From a virus (lineage: Duplodnaviria > Caudoviricetes), in IMG/VR virus record IMGVR_UViG_3300043422_000045, positions 1 through 64,000 of that record: DNA of 64,000 nucleotides. One strand, written 5' to 3'. The translations under genes were made by a program, and so were the position numbers. This document shows, piece after piece, positions 26,373 through 36,559 of the stretch. Below the pieces are notes generated by a model that did not search any database, was not told the DNA's origin, and saw nothing but the letters and a program-made list of their open reading frames with translations. The stretch's first letter is position 1. Every line of letters begins with the position of its first letter.

Positions 26373-28139
26373 ATGGCGAATAATAAAAAATTAACCAAGG
26401 AACAGATTAAAGCTGCAAAGGATGCAGAATTAGCAAAAAAAGCTAAAGTAAATCTTAAGAAGAATAGCCAAGCTAAGGTAGACGCTTCTAAAAAAGATTT
26501 ACTTGGAAAGCCGCCTATTGCCGATGAAGATATTATTTCTCCAGATCAATCATCTCAACCAAAAGTTTATGATTTAACTTCACAAGTTGATCCTGGAGGG
26601 CTTAAATTATATAATAAAAAGATAATGTCTACGTCTTATACAACTAAAGACACTAAGCAGACTATATCTGGAAAGCCTACACAACAATCGATTTTTAATA
26701 ATTTTGCTTTATTTAGATTTAATGGTACGCCATTCACCGAAGACACCGGATCAAACATAGATTCTTATAATACTGTAGATTTCGGAGACAAAGATTTATA
26801 TGAAAATCCAACAGTTTCAAAAATAATTAGTAAGTGTAATGCGAGTGAAAAACACAAAAGTTATAAATACGAATGGTCTGATTTTGCATTGTGTAAATAT
26901 TTAGGTAAAATACCAAACAACCACATGATCACTTTGCGTAGATTTTCATTTCCAATTGGAGATGATATTATGCATATCAAAATGACAGATAAGGGTGGAG
27001 CATTAATAGACGTTGCACAACCAGATATTGCTAGAGCAGTCACGTGGATGTCAGAAGCCACTGGTAATCAATTAGAAGAAATATTAAAATTCGATTATAA
27101 TTACAAGTGGAAACCTGTTGAAGCAGATATTCAAGTACTAGATTCACAAACTCAAGCTAAAAGAGGTAAATTAGGGTCATTTATAGACAACAGTACCATA
27201 TTAAGTGCATTAAACGCAACAGCTAACGGTGTAAATGCTGCTGAAAAAAGAAGAATTGAATCAGCTGGTGCTGGATTTGATGCTTTTAAAGAGACATATC
27301 CAAACCATGTTTATGGACCATATAACTCTATTAGATCGATGATTGTTAGAGATGGTGGTATGGAATTCAACCAATCATTTACTCTTAAATTTCAATATGA
27401 AATGAGAGCTATCGGTGATGCAAATCCAAAAGCTTTATTTTTAGATCAATTTGCAAATATTTTAGCATTGACATATTCAAATGCACCATTTTGGGGTGGA
27501 GAAGTTAGATATACTAATTCAGGTGAAGGTTCTATTGGAAGACCTTTAGGCGATATTAGTAAATTAACAAGCGGAGATTATGGTGGATTTTTTAAATCGG
27601 TATTAGGTGATTTAAAAGGACTAGCTGGTGGAGGCACAATGGCTGGCATTACAAGTTTATTAGGTAAAACGGCTAACAACTTATTAGGAGGTGCTTTGAT
27701 GGATTTATTTAATTCACCACAAGGAGGTCAAGTTGCAAATGCATTTTTAACAGGTGAACCAACTGGAGCATGGCATGTTACTATCGGAAATCCTTTAAAT
27801 CCTATTGCTGTTATAGGTAATTTAATTTGTGAAAAGTCAGAAGTTCAATTTAAAGGCCCTTTGGGTCCATTAGACTTTCCTGAAAATTTAGAAGTTTCAA
27901 TCACTTTAAAACCAGGTCGACCTAGAGATAAATCTGAAATAGAATCAATGTTTAATGCAGGAAGAGGAAGATTCTTTATTACGCCAGCTGATGGTCCAGA
28001 TACCAATAAAGAAAAAATAGCAGGTACCGCAGTCGGTGATGCAACGCACACATCAGCACCTAATTTACGTAATACTAAATCAGGTATAAAAATGACTGAT
28101 AGAGAATTTGATGAATATAAAAAATTAGCTAACGGATAA
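26373..28139 (+). CDS. Putative baseplate/tail-tube initiator protein
   Basis: First gene of the baseplate operon; beta-rich C-terminal NLICEKSEVQF...DFPENLEVSITL; Gly-rich amphipathic segment; precedes the gp53-like gene. Confidence 0.5.
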   Translation: MANNKKLTKEQIKAAKDAELAKKAKVNLKKNSQAKVDASKKDLLGKPPIADEDIISPDQSSQPKVYDLTSQVDPGGLKLYNKKIMSTSYTTKDTKQTISGKPTQQSIFNNFALFRFNGTPFTEDTGSNIDSYNTVDFGDKDLYENPTVSKIISKCNASEKHKSYKYEWSDFALCKYLGKIPNNHMITLRRFSFPIGDDIMHIKMTDKGGALIDVAQPDIARAVTWMSEATGNQLEEILKFDYNYKWKPVEADIQVLDSQTQAKRGKLGSFIDNSTILSALNATANGVNAAEKRRIESAGAGFDAFKETYPNHVYGPYNSIRSMIVRDGGMEFNQSFTLKFQYEMRAIGDANPKALFLDQFANILALTYSNAPFWGGEVRYTNSGEGSIGRPLGDISKLTSGDYGGFFKSVLGDLKGLAGGGTMAGITSLLGKTANNLLGGALMDLFNSPQGGQVANAFLTGEPTGAWHVTIGNPLNPIAVIGNLICEKSEVQFKGPLGPLDFPENLEVSITLKPGRPRDKSEIESMFNAGRGRFFITPADGPDTNKEKIAGTAVGDATHTSAPNLRNTKSGIKMTDREFDEYKKLANG

Positions 28140-28660
28140 TGAATTTAAAAACATTTCAAAATAAAAGAATAATAGATGATACTGTCATGATGACTGAACC
28201 TACTATACTTTTTTCAACTTCTAATACAGAAATAATTGATAAAATCATAGTTGGTAAAGAATACGCATGTAGAATAGATCTATTAGCTAAAAGATATTAT
28301 GGCGATGCTAGTTATGCAGATTACATATTAAAGTATAACAATATTTCAAATCCTTTTACGATAGGTGAAGATGATATTTTATTAATACCATCTATACATT
28401 CTGGTTTAATTAACTTTAAAAAACCTGTTGATAAATTAACTGAAGAAGATGGAGATGTGATTAGAGATAAATTCTTAAAAACTAAACGTTTACCTATAGA
28501 AGATCAAAAACGAATAGAGTATTTAAAAAGAAAAGCTGCGCAATATCCAAATGGTGCAACTGAAATATTACCACCCAACGTGTTAAAAACAGGAGGAGCA
28601 AATGTTACTATTAAAGATGGTGTCATTAAACTTAACGGTACAATAGATTTAACTAAATAA
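28139..28660 (+). CDS. Baseplate wedge protein, T4 gp53/LysM-like
   Basis: RIDLLAKRYYGD...ILKYNNISNPF.I..DDILLIP. Confidence 0.75.
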   Translation: MNLKTFQNKRIIDDTVMMTEPTILFSTSNTEIIDKIIVGKEYACRIDLLAKRYYGDASYADYILKYNNISNPFTIGEDDILLIPSIHSGLINFKKPVDKLTEEDGDVIRDKFLKTKRLPIEDQKRIEYLKRKAAQYPNGATEILPPNVLKTGGANVTIKDGVIKLNGTIDLTK

Positions 28661-28664
28661 TTTT

Positions 28665-30233
28665 ATGGCAGACGCAAATCAAAATACGCCAATTGGATCT
28701 ACAAGTCTTAATAGACATGTTTTAGCTATATTAGAGCCAACTATTAAATTAGATGATATTAAGATAGATTCTCTAAATGAAGAATCTGGAGATAAAGATG
28801 AAAATTCTAAACAAATAGGTTCGTGGGTTCCTTTCGTTAAAATCAACAATATCATTATTAGAGATATTAATATTGATTCATTTAGCTTGGATTTATCTGG
28901 CTTTATTCCGATGGTTAATATTTCTTTTTTAGATGCAGATCATACCTTTTCAGCCGATGCATTACCAAGAGATGGCGATGTGATTAGTGTTAGAATAGCT
29001 TCAAGACAAGATAAAACATTTAAAGATATTAGAGCTGATTTTTTAATCACTAATGTTTTTAATAGCGAAAAAGATCCAATGGCAGATCCATTGATAATAA
29101 GAACATTTCACATGACAGGCATGTTAAAAGTGCCCGGCTTAAATGTACACGAGAGCGTCGGTTATCCAAGCGATAACACTGACAAACACTTGAAAGATAT
29201 AGCAAGCACTTTAAAGCTAGGTTATGCGTCTAACATAGATGCAACTAATGATAAAATGGCTAGACTTTGTCCATTCGACAGTAGATTAAATTTCATACAA
29301 AAACTAATCAAGCATTCATATATTAGCGATAAATCATTTCAAACCGGTTTTATTGATCCTTATTATTATCTTAATTTTATAGATCTAAATAAAGTTTTTA
29401 ATTCTAAAAACGAGTTTGAAGATAGTTTAATTCATGTTTTTAATAGAGGATATACGGATGCTACTAATTCTGTACCTGATATTGATTCATTTAAAAGTCA
29501 ATTACTTTTATCAAATCATTTAAATTTTGGTGGTAGTTCTCAATATATTAGTGGTTATGCTATTACAAATAATGCAGGTGGTATTTCATTTTCTAAAGGA
29601 ACTAAAACAAAATTACAATATTTTGAAAATGATTCAGATGAAAAATTAGTTTCATTTGATATTGAACCGATTGCATCTGAAAAAATGAGAGACAACGAAG
29701 AGCCTCTAAAGGGTAGAAGAGGTGAACAAGATTATAAAGATGAGATTAGACAACAATATGCCGGAAGAATGGACGTAGATCCAAATCATGGTAATACGCA
29801 CATAAATTATTATTCTTCATCACTTATTAACGATATTAATAAAGCTGAAATTTATAAAATGGGATTAAACGTAACTCTATCAACGCCAAATCATGGCCTT
29901 TATAGAGGTATGAAAATACCTGTTCTTATTTTTACAAGAGAAATGCAAGAAGGTTTCGCGGCTAAAAACACCAAAGATAAATTAAAGAATGCCAATTTTA
30001 AAACTCTAGGTGAAGAACTAATCAAAGAAGACATATCCAAAGAAGATCCATTAGAAGATAAACAGGTTTTAGATGAATTTATAAGCGGCTTCTATGTAAT
30101 AGACACTATAAGATATGAATATACTGCTGGCGCCGATGAGCCGTTTTTACAGAAATTAACTCTATTGAGAAGAGAATGGCCTACTAAAGTAAGCGCTTTA
30201 AATAAAGAGACGATGGCTAAAGAAACTAAATAA
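28665..30233 (+). CDS. Baseplate hub protein (gp27/Mu gp44-like)
   Basis: Lies between gp53-like and gp5-like genes; C-terminal ISGFYVIDTIRYEY...QKLTLLRREW. Confidence 0.6.
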   Translation: MADANQNTPIGSTSLNRHVLAILEPTIKLDDIKIDSLNEESGDKDENSKQIGSWVPFVKINNIIIRDINIDSFSLDLSGFIPMVNISFLDADHTFSADALPRDGDVISVRIASRQDKTFKDIRADFLITNVFNSEKDPMADPLIIRTFHMTGMLKVPGLNVHESVGYPSDNTDKHLKDIASTLKLGYASNIDATNDKMARLCPFDSRLNFIQKLIKHSYISDKSFQTGFIDPYYYLNFIDLNKVFNSKNEFEDSLIHVFNRGYTDATNSVPDIDSFKSQLLLSNHLNFGGSSQYISGYAITNNAGGISFSKGTKTKLQYFENDSDEKLVSFDIEPIASEKMRDNEEPLKGRRGEQDYKDEIRQQYAGRMDVDPNHGNTHINYYSSSLINDINKAEIYKMGLNVTLSTPNHGLYRGMKIPVLIFTREMQEGFAAKNTKDKLKNANFKTLGEELIKEDISKEDPLEDKQVLDEFISGFYVIDTIRYEYTAGADEPFLQKLTLLRREWPTKVSALNKETMAKETK

Positions 30234-30264
30234 CAAAGATAAATAACAAAACATTAAATTATAG

Positions 30265-31533
30265 ATGGCATTTTTTATACAAAACGAAGCATTTAGAAAA
30301 GCAGGACTTTTTAGAAAGGGTACTAAGCTTAACGCATTACCGTATCAAGACCCTACGTATTTAGGCTTCTTATTGTTATTTCAATGGGACGACGTGAAGA
30401 CTGTTAGCGATACTACTGCAACATCAACGCCAGATGCTATTATATCTTCACCTCTATTTGATCCTTCTGGAGCTGAGGCCTATTTAAAAAGATTAGCAAT
30501 AGTTAATAAAAAATATGAAAATAAATTAAAAGCTTTAACGGCTTTTAAAACTGGTTTACAAAAAATTAATCTAGACATGCCATGGTATTGGCAATCTATG
30601 TCCGGCCTTGATAAATTACAAGCGTATGACACAAATGAGCCATATATCGGAAAAGACGGTAATGAAATAGCTATAGGATGTTTAGAATCTATTAATTTAG
30701 CAATAACTGGTTTAATGAGAAATTACAGAGAGGCTGTATTTGATGAAGAGTCATGGTCTTATGTTTTACCACCCAATTTAAGAAAATTTTCAGTTAAAAT
30801 ATACGTGGCAGATATTAGACCACTTTTTAATGAAGCAGTAGATACGCAAACTCAACCTTCTACTACACAATTAGGAAACGTAAGTAATTTTAATGTAGAT
30901 CCGAATGCTGAATCTGAAAATTTGCAACCTAAAGAGGTTGATATAGATCTAGTTGGTTCTAATAAAAAACCATATCTTGCATTTCAATTAACTAATTGCG
31001 AATGGAACATTCAAACAGGTGTTACTTCTTTTACTGATCTTAAAAATGATGCGCCTGAAGTAGCTTCTCAAATTATAGCCTTCAATTATGAAAGATTGAC
31101 TAAAGTTGAAATGATTGCTATGAATAGTATTATAGATGACTCTATAATAGCTTCTGTTGGAGCTCAGTCACCGGCACCTATTATCGAATCTCCTAAATTA
31201 AGTAAATTTGAAGAAGCTAAAAAAAGAGCTACTGAAGATATGAAAAAATTAGCTGAAAAGAAAAAGCAAGAAGCAATCACATCAGCATCATCTCTTGTTA
31301 AAGATAGAACTGGAATTCCTTTCACAATGGATGGAATGAAACCTAAATTAGAAACAGAAGGTGTTTATATGAATTTGGTTAATAAATTAGATAATGTCAC
31401 AAATCTGCAACGATTAAATACAAGACAAATTGCGGAATCATTTTTAGGAAATGTTTATTTTGGAGCTGGACAAACAATACAAGATGTTTTAAATAACGGT
31501 CTGCAAAAAGCATTAGGAAACATATACAAATAA
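30265..31533 (+). CDS. Putative tail-tube-fold baseplate protein (gp48/gp54-like)
   Basis: WYWQSMSGL, LRKFSVKIYV and FQLTNCEW...IAFNYE pattern; gene context. Confidence 0.45.
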   Translation: MAFFIQNEAFRKAGLFRKGTKLNALPYQDPTYLGFLLLFQWDDVKTVSDTTATSTPDAIISSPLFDPSGAEAYLKRLAIVNKKYENKLKALTAFKTGLQKINLDMPWYWQSMSGLDKLQAYDTNEPYIGKDGNEIAIGCLESINLAITGLMRNYREAVFDEESWSYVLPPNLRKFSVKIYVADIRPLFNEAVDTQTQPSTTQLGNVSNFNVDPNAESENLQPKEVDIDLVGSNKKPYLAFQLTNCEWNIQTGVTSFTDLKNDAPEVASQIIAFNYERLTKVEMIAMNSIIDDSIIASVGAQSPAPIIESPKLSKFEEAKKRATEDMKKLAEKKKQEAITSASSLVKDRTGIPFTMDGMKPKLETEGVYMNLVNKLDNVTNLQRLNTRQIAESFLGNVYFGAGQTIQDVLNNGLQKALGNIYK

Positions 31534-31569
31534 AGAATGATAAATAGTATATTATAGTACTATATTATT

Positions 31570-32919
31570 ATGCTTGACACTTCAAAAATTATAAATTGGA
31601 TTGGTGAAGTTGTAGACAATGCAGATCCATTAAAAAATGGCAGATGCAAGATAAAAGTCTATGGCAGATTCGATAATATTCCCAAGGATTCTATTCCATG
31701 GGCTTCTCCTATGAATAGACTTTTAGGAGGGCAACATATTGTACCAAACATTGGCGATATCGTTGAAGTTACATTCGATAACGATAACATATACATGCCG
31801 TTGTATACATCTCAAGTCAATCAGAATAAAAATCTTAAAGATAAAGTTATTAACAAAGAAGAAGATTCTAGTAAAGTAACTTCATTCTCATTTGACGTAA
31901 ATAGAAAATTCATCTTAACATATAGTAAAGAACTTGGTTTTGTGATCGGTAATGGTTCAGATGCTGAATCGCAATCAATGATTAGGTTTGACAAAGATGG
32001 TAAGATATTCTTATACTCTGATAATATATTTGTGTCTAAAGATGCAAATGACGAAAGCGAACCTACAGCTAAAGGTGAAACATTAAGAAAAACTTTAAGT
32101 GATTTTATAGATGCTATCAATGCACATAAACATTTAACGCCTTCTGGTATTTCAGACGTGCCTATTAATAAAGCTGATTTTAAATTAATACAAGATGATT
32201 TAGAAACTATAAAGCACGTCGGCGGAGTACAGTCTGTTGAAATGACAGAAGAAGAATTAGCTGCTGCAGATTCAGCGTCGTTAAGCGGAGGATCTATTAG
32301 CTCTTCAACGTTATCTGCATTAGGTGGTAGTTCGAAGTTTGATCCTGACGCATCCAAGAAACTTAAAAAAGAAATAGATTCATATAAGACCGATAACATA
32401 GTTTATAAATCTGGTTCTAAAAAACCTAAAGCTGTACCAAGATCTTTGATCATGGCTATGAAAAAATACGGTATTACTAGCCCCTTGCAAAGAGCTCACT
32501 TTTTAGCTCAATGTGCGCATGAGTCTGGCGAATTTAAATGTCGTGAAGAATTTGCTTCAGGTTCAGCGTATGAAGGTAGAAAGGACCTTGGTAATATTCA
32601 ACCAGGTGATGGCGTACGTTTTAAAGGTCGTGGCTTTGTTCAAATTACAGGACGTGCAAACTATAAACAATTTTCGAAATACTGCGGAGAAGATCTTACA
32701 ACTAATCCAACTGCGTTAGCAACTAAGTATGCTGCAGATACTGCAACATGGTTTTGGCAAACTAGAAAATTAAATGCTTATGCTGTAGATGATTCACTTG
32801 CAAGTATTAAAGCAATAACACGAAGAATTAATGGGGGTTTTAATGGTTTACAAGATCGTGTGAATAGATTTGCAGATTATTGGGCTATTCTAAAAGATAA
32901 TCCAAACGCATTTACATAA
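31570..32919 (+). CDS. Baseplate spike gp5-like OB-fold protein fused to GH19 lysozyme/chitinase domain
   Basis: WIGEVVDNADPLKNGRCKIKVYG...IPWA...VPNIGDIVEVTF; HKH apex motif; C-terminal FLAQCAHES...FKGRGFVQITGRANY...TRRINGG.NGL.DR. Confidence 0.9.
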   Translation: MLDTSKIINWIGEVVDNADPLKNGRCKIKVYGRFDNIPKDSIPWASPMNRLLGGQHIVPNIGDIVEVTFDNDNIYMPLYTSQVNQNKNLKDKVINKEEDSSKVTSFSFDVNRKFILTYSKELGFVIGNGSDAESQSMIRFDKDGKIFLYSDNIFVSKDANDESEPTAKGETLRKTLSDFIDAINAHKHLTPSGISDVPINKADFKLIQDDLETIKHVGGVQSVEMTEEELAAADSASLSGGSISSSTLSALGGSSKFDPDASKKLKKEIDSYKTDNIVYKSGSKKPKAVPRSLIMAMKKYGITSPLQRAHFLAQCAHESGEFKCREEFASGSAYEGRKDLGNIQPGDGVRFKGRGFVQITGRANYKQFSKYCGEDLTTNPTALATKYAADTATWFWQTRKLNAYAVDDSLASIKAITRRINGGFNGLQDRVNRFADYWAILKDNPNAFT

Positions 32920-32936
32920 TATAGATAAATATTCTA

Positions 32937-33593
32937 ATGAATTCATTTAGAGACGGACATTGGCTTGGAGAGGTTATTGATAATAAAGATCCTCTTAAAA
33001 ATGGCAGATGTAAGGTTAAAGTTTATGGAACTTTTGATAATCTTACAGCTGATACCATACCATGGGCTAGTGCAGGAAATAGAATGGCAGTTGGTCAGCA
33101 CTTAATACCAAATGTTGGCGATATAGTTGCTATTACTTTTGATAATGGTAATATCTATGCACCCGTTTATTCATATCAGATTAATCAAAATAAACAATTA
33201 AAGTCTGAGATTTTAGATAGCGCAGCAAAGCCAGAAGATGTAATAGCTTTAATATATGATGCAACTAGAAATTTTAGATTTTATAAGTCTGAAGAAGATG
33301 GATTAATCATCACAACAGGTAAAGATAAAAATTCTCAACCGATGATTAAATTTAAAGATGATAAAATCTATTTAAACTCTAACAATATTTTTATAGCAAC
33401 AAGCCCAACTGATGAATCAGAACCTGCTGTTAGAGGCGAAACATTAAGAGGTATTTTAGATGATTTTATGAATGCGTTTAATTCGCACACACATCCAACA
33501 CCGACTGGACCTTCAGGTCCACCGATTGCACCAGAATTACCTAAGGTAAAAGGTTTACAATCTAAATTAGAAAAGATTAAGCAGAAAAAGTAG
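32937..33593 (+). CDS. Second gp5/gpV-like spike protein, no enzyme domain
   Basis: WLGEVIDNKDPLKNGRCKVKVYG...IPWA...IPNVGDIV; EPAVRGETL; HTH metal-binding tip. Confidence 0.85.
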   Translation: MNSFRDGHWLGEVIDNKDPLKNGRCKVKVYGTFDNLTADTIPWASAGNRMAVGQHLIPNVGDIVAITFDNGNIYAPVYSYQINQNKQLKSEILDSAAKPEDVIALIYDATRNFRFYKSEEDGLIITTGKDKNSQPMIKFKDDKIYLNSNNIFIATSPTDESEPAVRGETLRGILDDFMNAFNSHTHPTPTGPSGPPIAPELPKVKGLQSKLEKIKQKK

Positions 33594-33620
33594 ATAGATA
33601 ATCTGTAAATAAAAATAACT

Positions 33621-35159
33621 ATGCCTGCACAGTGGCCATTATTCATAAATAACGTATCTTCAAAAATGGCGTCTAAAACTCTTAAGACGTCTGATGATAT
33701 GGCTATGCTTATTTCTCAAGAATATTTTAATGCAGTCAAAACTTCACAAACACCTTTCGGTAATATTCATCAATCTGGTCAAAAGGCAATTTTAGATGCT
33801 GGCTTTAAAGAAGCATTTAAACAACTTTATGAATCACAAACACCTTCATTAGAAGATAAAAAACTAGATCCTGCATTCAATGATCTTAAAGATACTTTGC
33901 CAATTCCTAACATAAATGCAAATATAGACAAAGAATTAGAAGCATGTTTGGCAACTAAACCAGAATATGTGTTTTATGATTTTGGGTTTGTAACAAGTCC
34001 TATAGTCACTAAAGAATTAATTACTGAAATTAAATACACAGAAGTTGAAGTTCCACAAATAATATTTAGTGGTATAGATGGTGAAGCACCTTATTCATTT
34101 ACATATTCAATAGATGGCGTAATTCAACCGAGCATACTATCTGATAATTCTGGTCAAATTATAATCGATATAGACAAATCAAAACCGGGTAGTTTTGAAT
34201 ATAGATTGATAGGTATTACAGATGCTAAAGATACTCGCAAAGAGATGGATTCTTCTGTTGTTGTAATAGTGCCTGAAAATAAGTATGAAGAAACTTATAT
34301 TAAAGAAACATCTGTTGATTTACCAAAACTAAAAGAAGAACAAATTATTGAATTGCTTGCCAATAAGGTTTATTATCAATATGATAAAAGCGAAGAATTT
34401 AGATTGTGGCTAGATAGATTAAAACACGGCACAAATGCTGGTTTAGGTAATAAAGTCGCATCTCTTGTTAAAAAATGGATTAGTGAAAATAAAAAAATTA
34501 CTTTAACATACAATAAGCATAAATTTCAATCTTCGCACGAAGATATTAAATCTTTACCAGATTTCGTAAAAGAAAAAGAAATTATCGTAAAATTCACATA
34601 TCATCCTATAAAAGACAGTGTTAAAAAAGCTGAGCATAAATTGTTAATGGTGTTACCAGCTGTTGTAAATCAACACGAATCTCGAATTGTAAATGAAAAG
34701 GTAGACTTGTGGAAAATTGAAAGAGACAGATGGAATAAAGATAGAATTGATTGTGTCAATAAAATAGCAGATTCTTATAAAAAAGAAGCAGATAAAGGAT
34801 CTGATGAAGCTTATGACAAAATAGCAAAAGCTGTTATTGATTATTGGATGTCAACTACAACTAAACCATTTCAACCTGGACCACCAATTCCTCCATGTAT
34901 GATACCGACACCCGGCACATACATGCCTGTTTATTATGGTTCACAAAAAAAATTAGCAGCCAATATAAAAAGAGCATTGAATAGCGGTAAATATTTTGAA
35001 TATCCACCAACAATTCAACCTGCTACAAAAGTAGTTGCATCAGCATTAGCTGTTGCATTTTCTTTACATTTATTAGAATTAAAATTTATTTACATGGGTC
35101 AAATATATGTTGGTGTTTCAACAGCACCAATGATAGGCTTTGTACCCGTAGTATTTTAA
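33621..35159 (+). CDS. Hypothetical structural protein with internal Ig-like domain
   Basis: GEAPYSFTYSIDG...GSFEYRLIGITDA Ig-like segment; located in the baseplate operon. Confidence 0.5.
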   Translation: MPAQWPLFINNVSSKMASKTLKTSDDMAMLISQEYFNAVKTSQTPFGNIHQSGQKAILDAGFKEAFKQLYESQTPSLEDKKLDPAFNDLKDTLPIPNINANIDKELEACLATKPEYVFYDFGFVTSPIVTKELITEIKYTEVEVPQIIFSGIDGEAPYSFTYSIDGVIQPSILSDNSGQIIIDIDKSKPGSFEYRLIGITDAKDTRKEMDSSVVVIVPENKYEETYIKETSVDLPKLKEEQIIELLANKVYYQYDKSEEFRLWLDRLKHGTNAGLGNKVASLVKKWISENKKITLTYNKHKFQSSHEDIKSLPDFVKEKEIIVKFTYHPIKDSVKKAEHKLLMVLPAVVNQHESRIVNEKVDLWKIERDRWNKDRIDCVNKIADSYKKEADKGSDEAYDKIAKAVIDYWMSTTTKPFQPGPPIPPCMIPTPGTYMPVYYGSQKKLAANIKRALNSGKYFEYPPTIQPATKVVASALAVAFSLHLLELKFIYMGQIYVGVSTAPMIGFVPVVF

Positions 35160-35195
35160 GAGCAATATATAACTTAATTATTTAAAAACAAAAAA

Positions 35196-36464
35196 ATGAC
35201 AACACAAAAAAGAACAAGACTTTCAGCTACTGTAGAATTAGAAGCTCCAGCAATTGAAGTTGTAAAAAAAGAAACAAAAGAAACTAATCGTTTCCTAAAC
35301 GCAAATCAATCTCTTGAAGATTTTGATTGGGACACGCATGCTGCAGATTGTCCAAGTAGAATGAGAAAGGGAAATCCTTTTGTAAAAACCAGCGGAGACA
35401 CAAAGGTTTATTACCAAGGTGCTGATGCACAAAAATGGTTTGATTTATACGAAGGTATTATGGCAGATTTCAAAGCTGTTATTGAACCAAGCGAGCATCA
35501 TGATGGTACAATTTACTCTATGAGTAACGATTGGGCTATGTTAGACGTAGGTCACAGAGAAATGGTTTATATCGATTTAGGTAGAGAACCATCTTCTATT
35601 AGAAGTCTTATTGAAGTTGGAGCTAAATTCACTGTTAGAATTTTAAGCACTAAAAATCAAAAAGGATTTATCTTAGGTTCTATTAGCGAAGGAATGCGTC
35701 AAACTATTATCAATGATTTGAAAAAATCAATTGAGACTGGAAATACAGCATACATCGGAACCGTTACCAGCATGATTCCAGGCGGTGGTTACATGGTTAA
35801 CATCCAGGGAATTGACTGTTTTATGCCAGGCTCATTAGCAGGTGCTAATAAATTAGCTAATTTTGAATCTATTATTGGTACTGAAATGTACGTTGTTCCA
35901 GTTTCTTATTCGCACGAAAAAGGTACAGTTGTCGTATCACATAGAAAGTATTTGCAAGCAATGATTCCTAACGAAGTTGAAAAACTTAAAACGGTTGCTA
36001 AAGATAAAACATTTACTGGAGAAGTTACAGGTTCTGCTAAATTTGGTATCTTTATTGAATTTAACGGATGTTTAACTGGTATGATTCACATCAATGACTT
36101 AAACGAAGAATGGGTTGCTAAATTAGAAGCCAAAGAAGTTAATCCAGGTGATGCAATAGGGTTTGGTATTAAAGAAATCATCTCTGAAAAGAAAATTATG
36201 TTAACTCAAAAAGAAGAAGTTGAAGTAATTAATCCATGGGACGGCTTAGCTGCTAAATATACAGTGCCTGTTTTAGTTCAAGGTACAGTTAAAGCTACGA
36301 AAGACTATGGTATCTTTATCACAATTGAAGAAGGTATAGTTGGTTTATTACACATTTCTGAATTAGAAGGCATTGATACTTCTACAATTAAAAAAGGAGA
36401 TCCTATTGCAGTTACTGTAACTAGAATTGATGAAGCTAGCAGAAAAGTTTTCTTAAAACTTTAA
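35196..36464 (+). CDS. rpsA: Ribosomal protein bS1-like (four S1 domains)
   Basis: EDFDWD N-terminal motif; S1 repeats GGYMVNIQGIDCFMPGS, FGIFIEF...GMIHINDL and YGIFITIEEGIVGLLHISEL. Confidence 0.9.
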   Translation: MTTQKRTRLSATVELEAPAIEVVKKETKETNRFLNANQSLEDFDWDTHAADCPSRMRKGNPFVKTSGDTKVYYQGADAQKWFDLYEGIMADFKAVIEPSEHHDGTIYSMSNDWAMLDVGHREMVYIDLGREPSSIRSLIEVGAKFTVRILSTKNQKGFILGSISEGMRQTIINDLKKSIETGNTAYIGTVTSMIPGGGYMVNIQGIDCFMPGSLAGANKLANFESIIGTEMYVVPVSYSHEKGTVVVSHRKYLQAMIPNEVEKLKTVAKDKTFTGEVTGSAKFGIFIEFNGCLTGMIHINDLNEEWVAKLEAKEVNPGDAIGFGIKEIISEKKIMLTQKEEVEVINPWDGLAAKYTVPVLVQGTVKATKDYGIFITIEEGIVGLLHISELEGIDTSTIKKGDPIAVTVTRIDEASRKVFLKL

Positions 36465-36465
36465 T

Positions 36466-36540
36466 TGTTAATAACTTTATAAAATTAATTAGCCCGAGAT
36501 TTTTTAATCTCGGGTTTTTTGTTTATATTTACATTATAAT
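36466..36540 (+). promoter_or_regulatory. Early-type promoter fused with terminator hairpin (copy 5)
   Basis: TGTTAATAACTTT at 36466; AGCCCGAGAT/ATCTCGGGTT stem then a T tract; ATTTTTT at 36499 and TATATTTAC at 36524. Confidence 0.75.
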
Positions 36541-36559
36541 TAAAACCGATAAATAACGT

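Noticed and set aside
31536-31569. Weak AU-only hairpin/palindrome before the first gp5 gene, and a similar one at 13531-13555
   Set aside because: Too short and AU-rich to separate from chance; not counted as gating hairpins.
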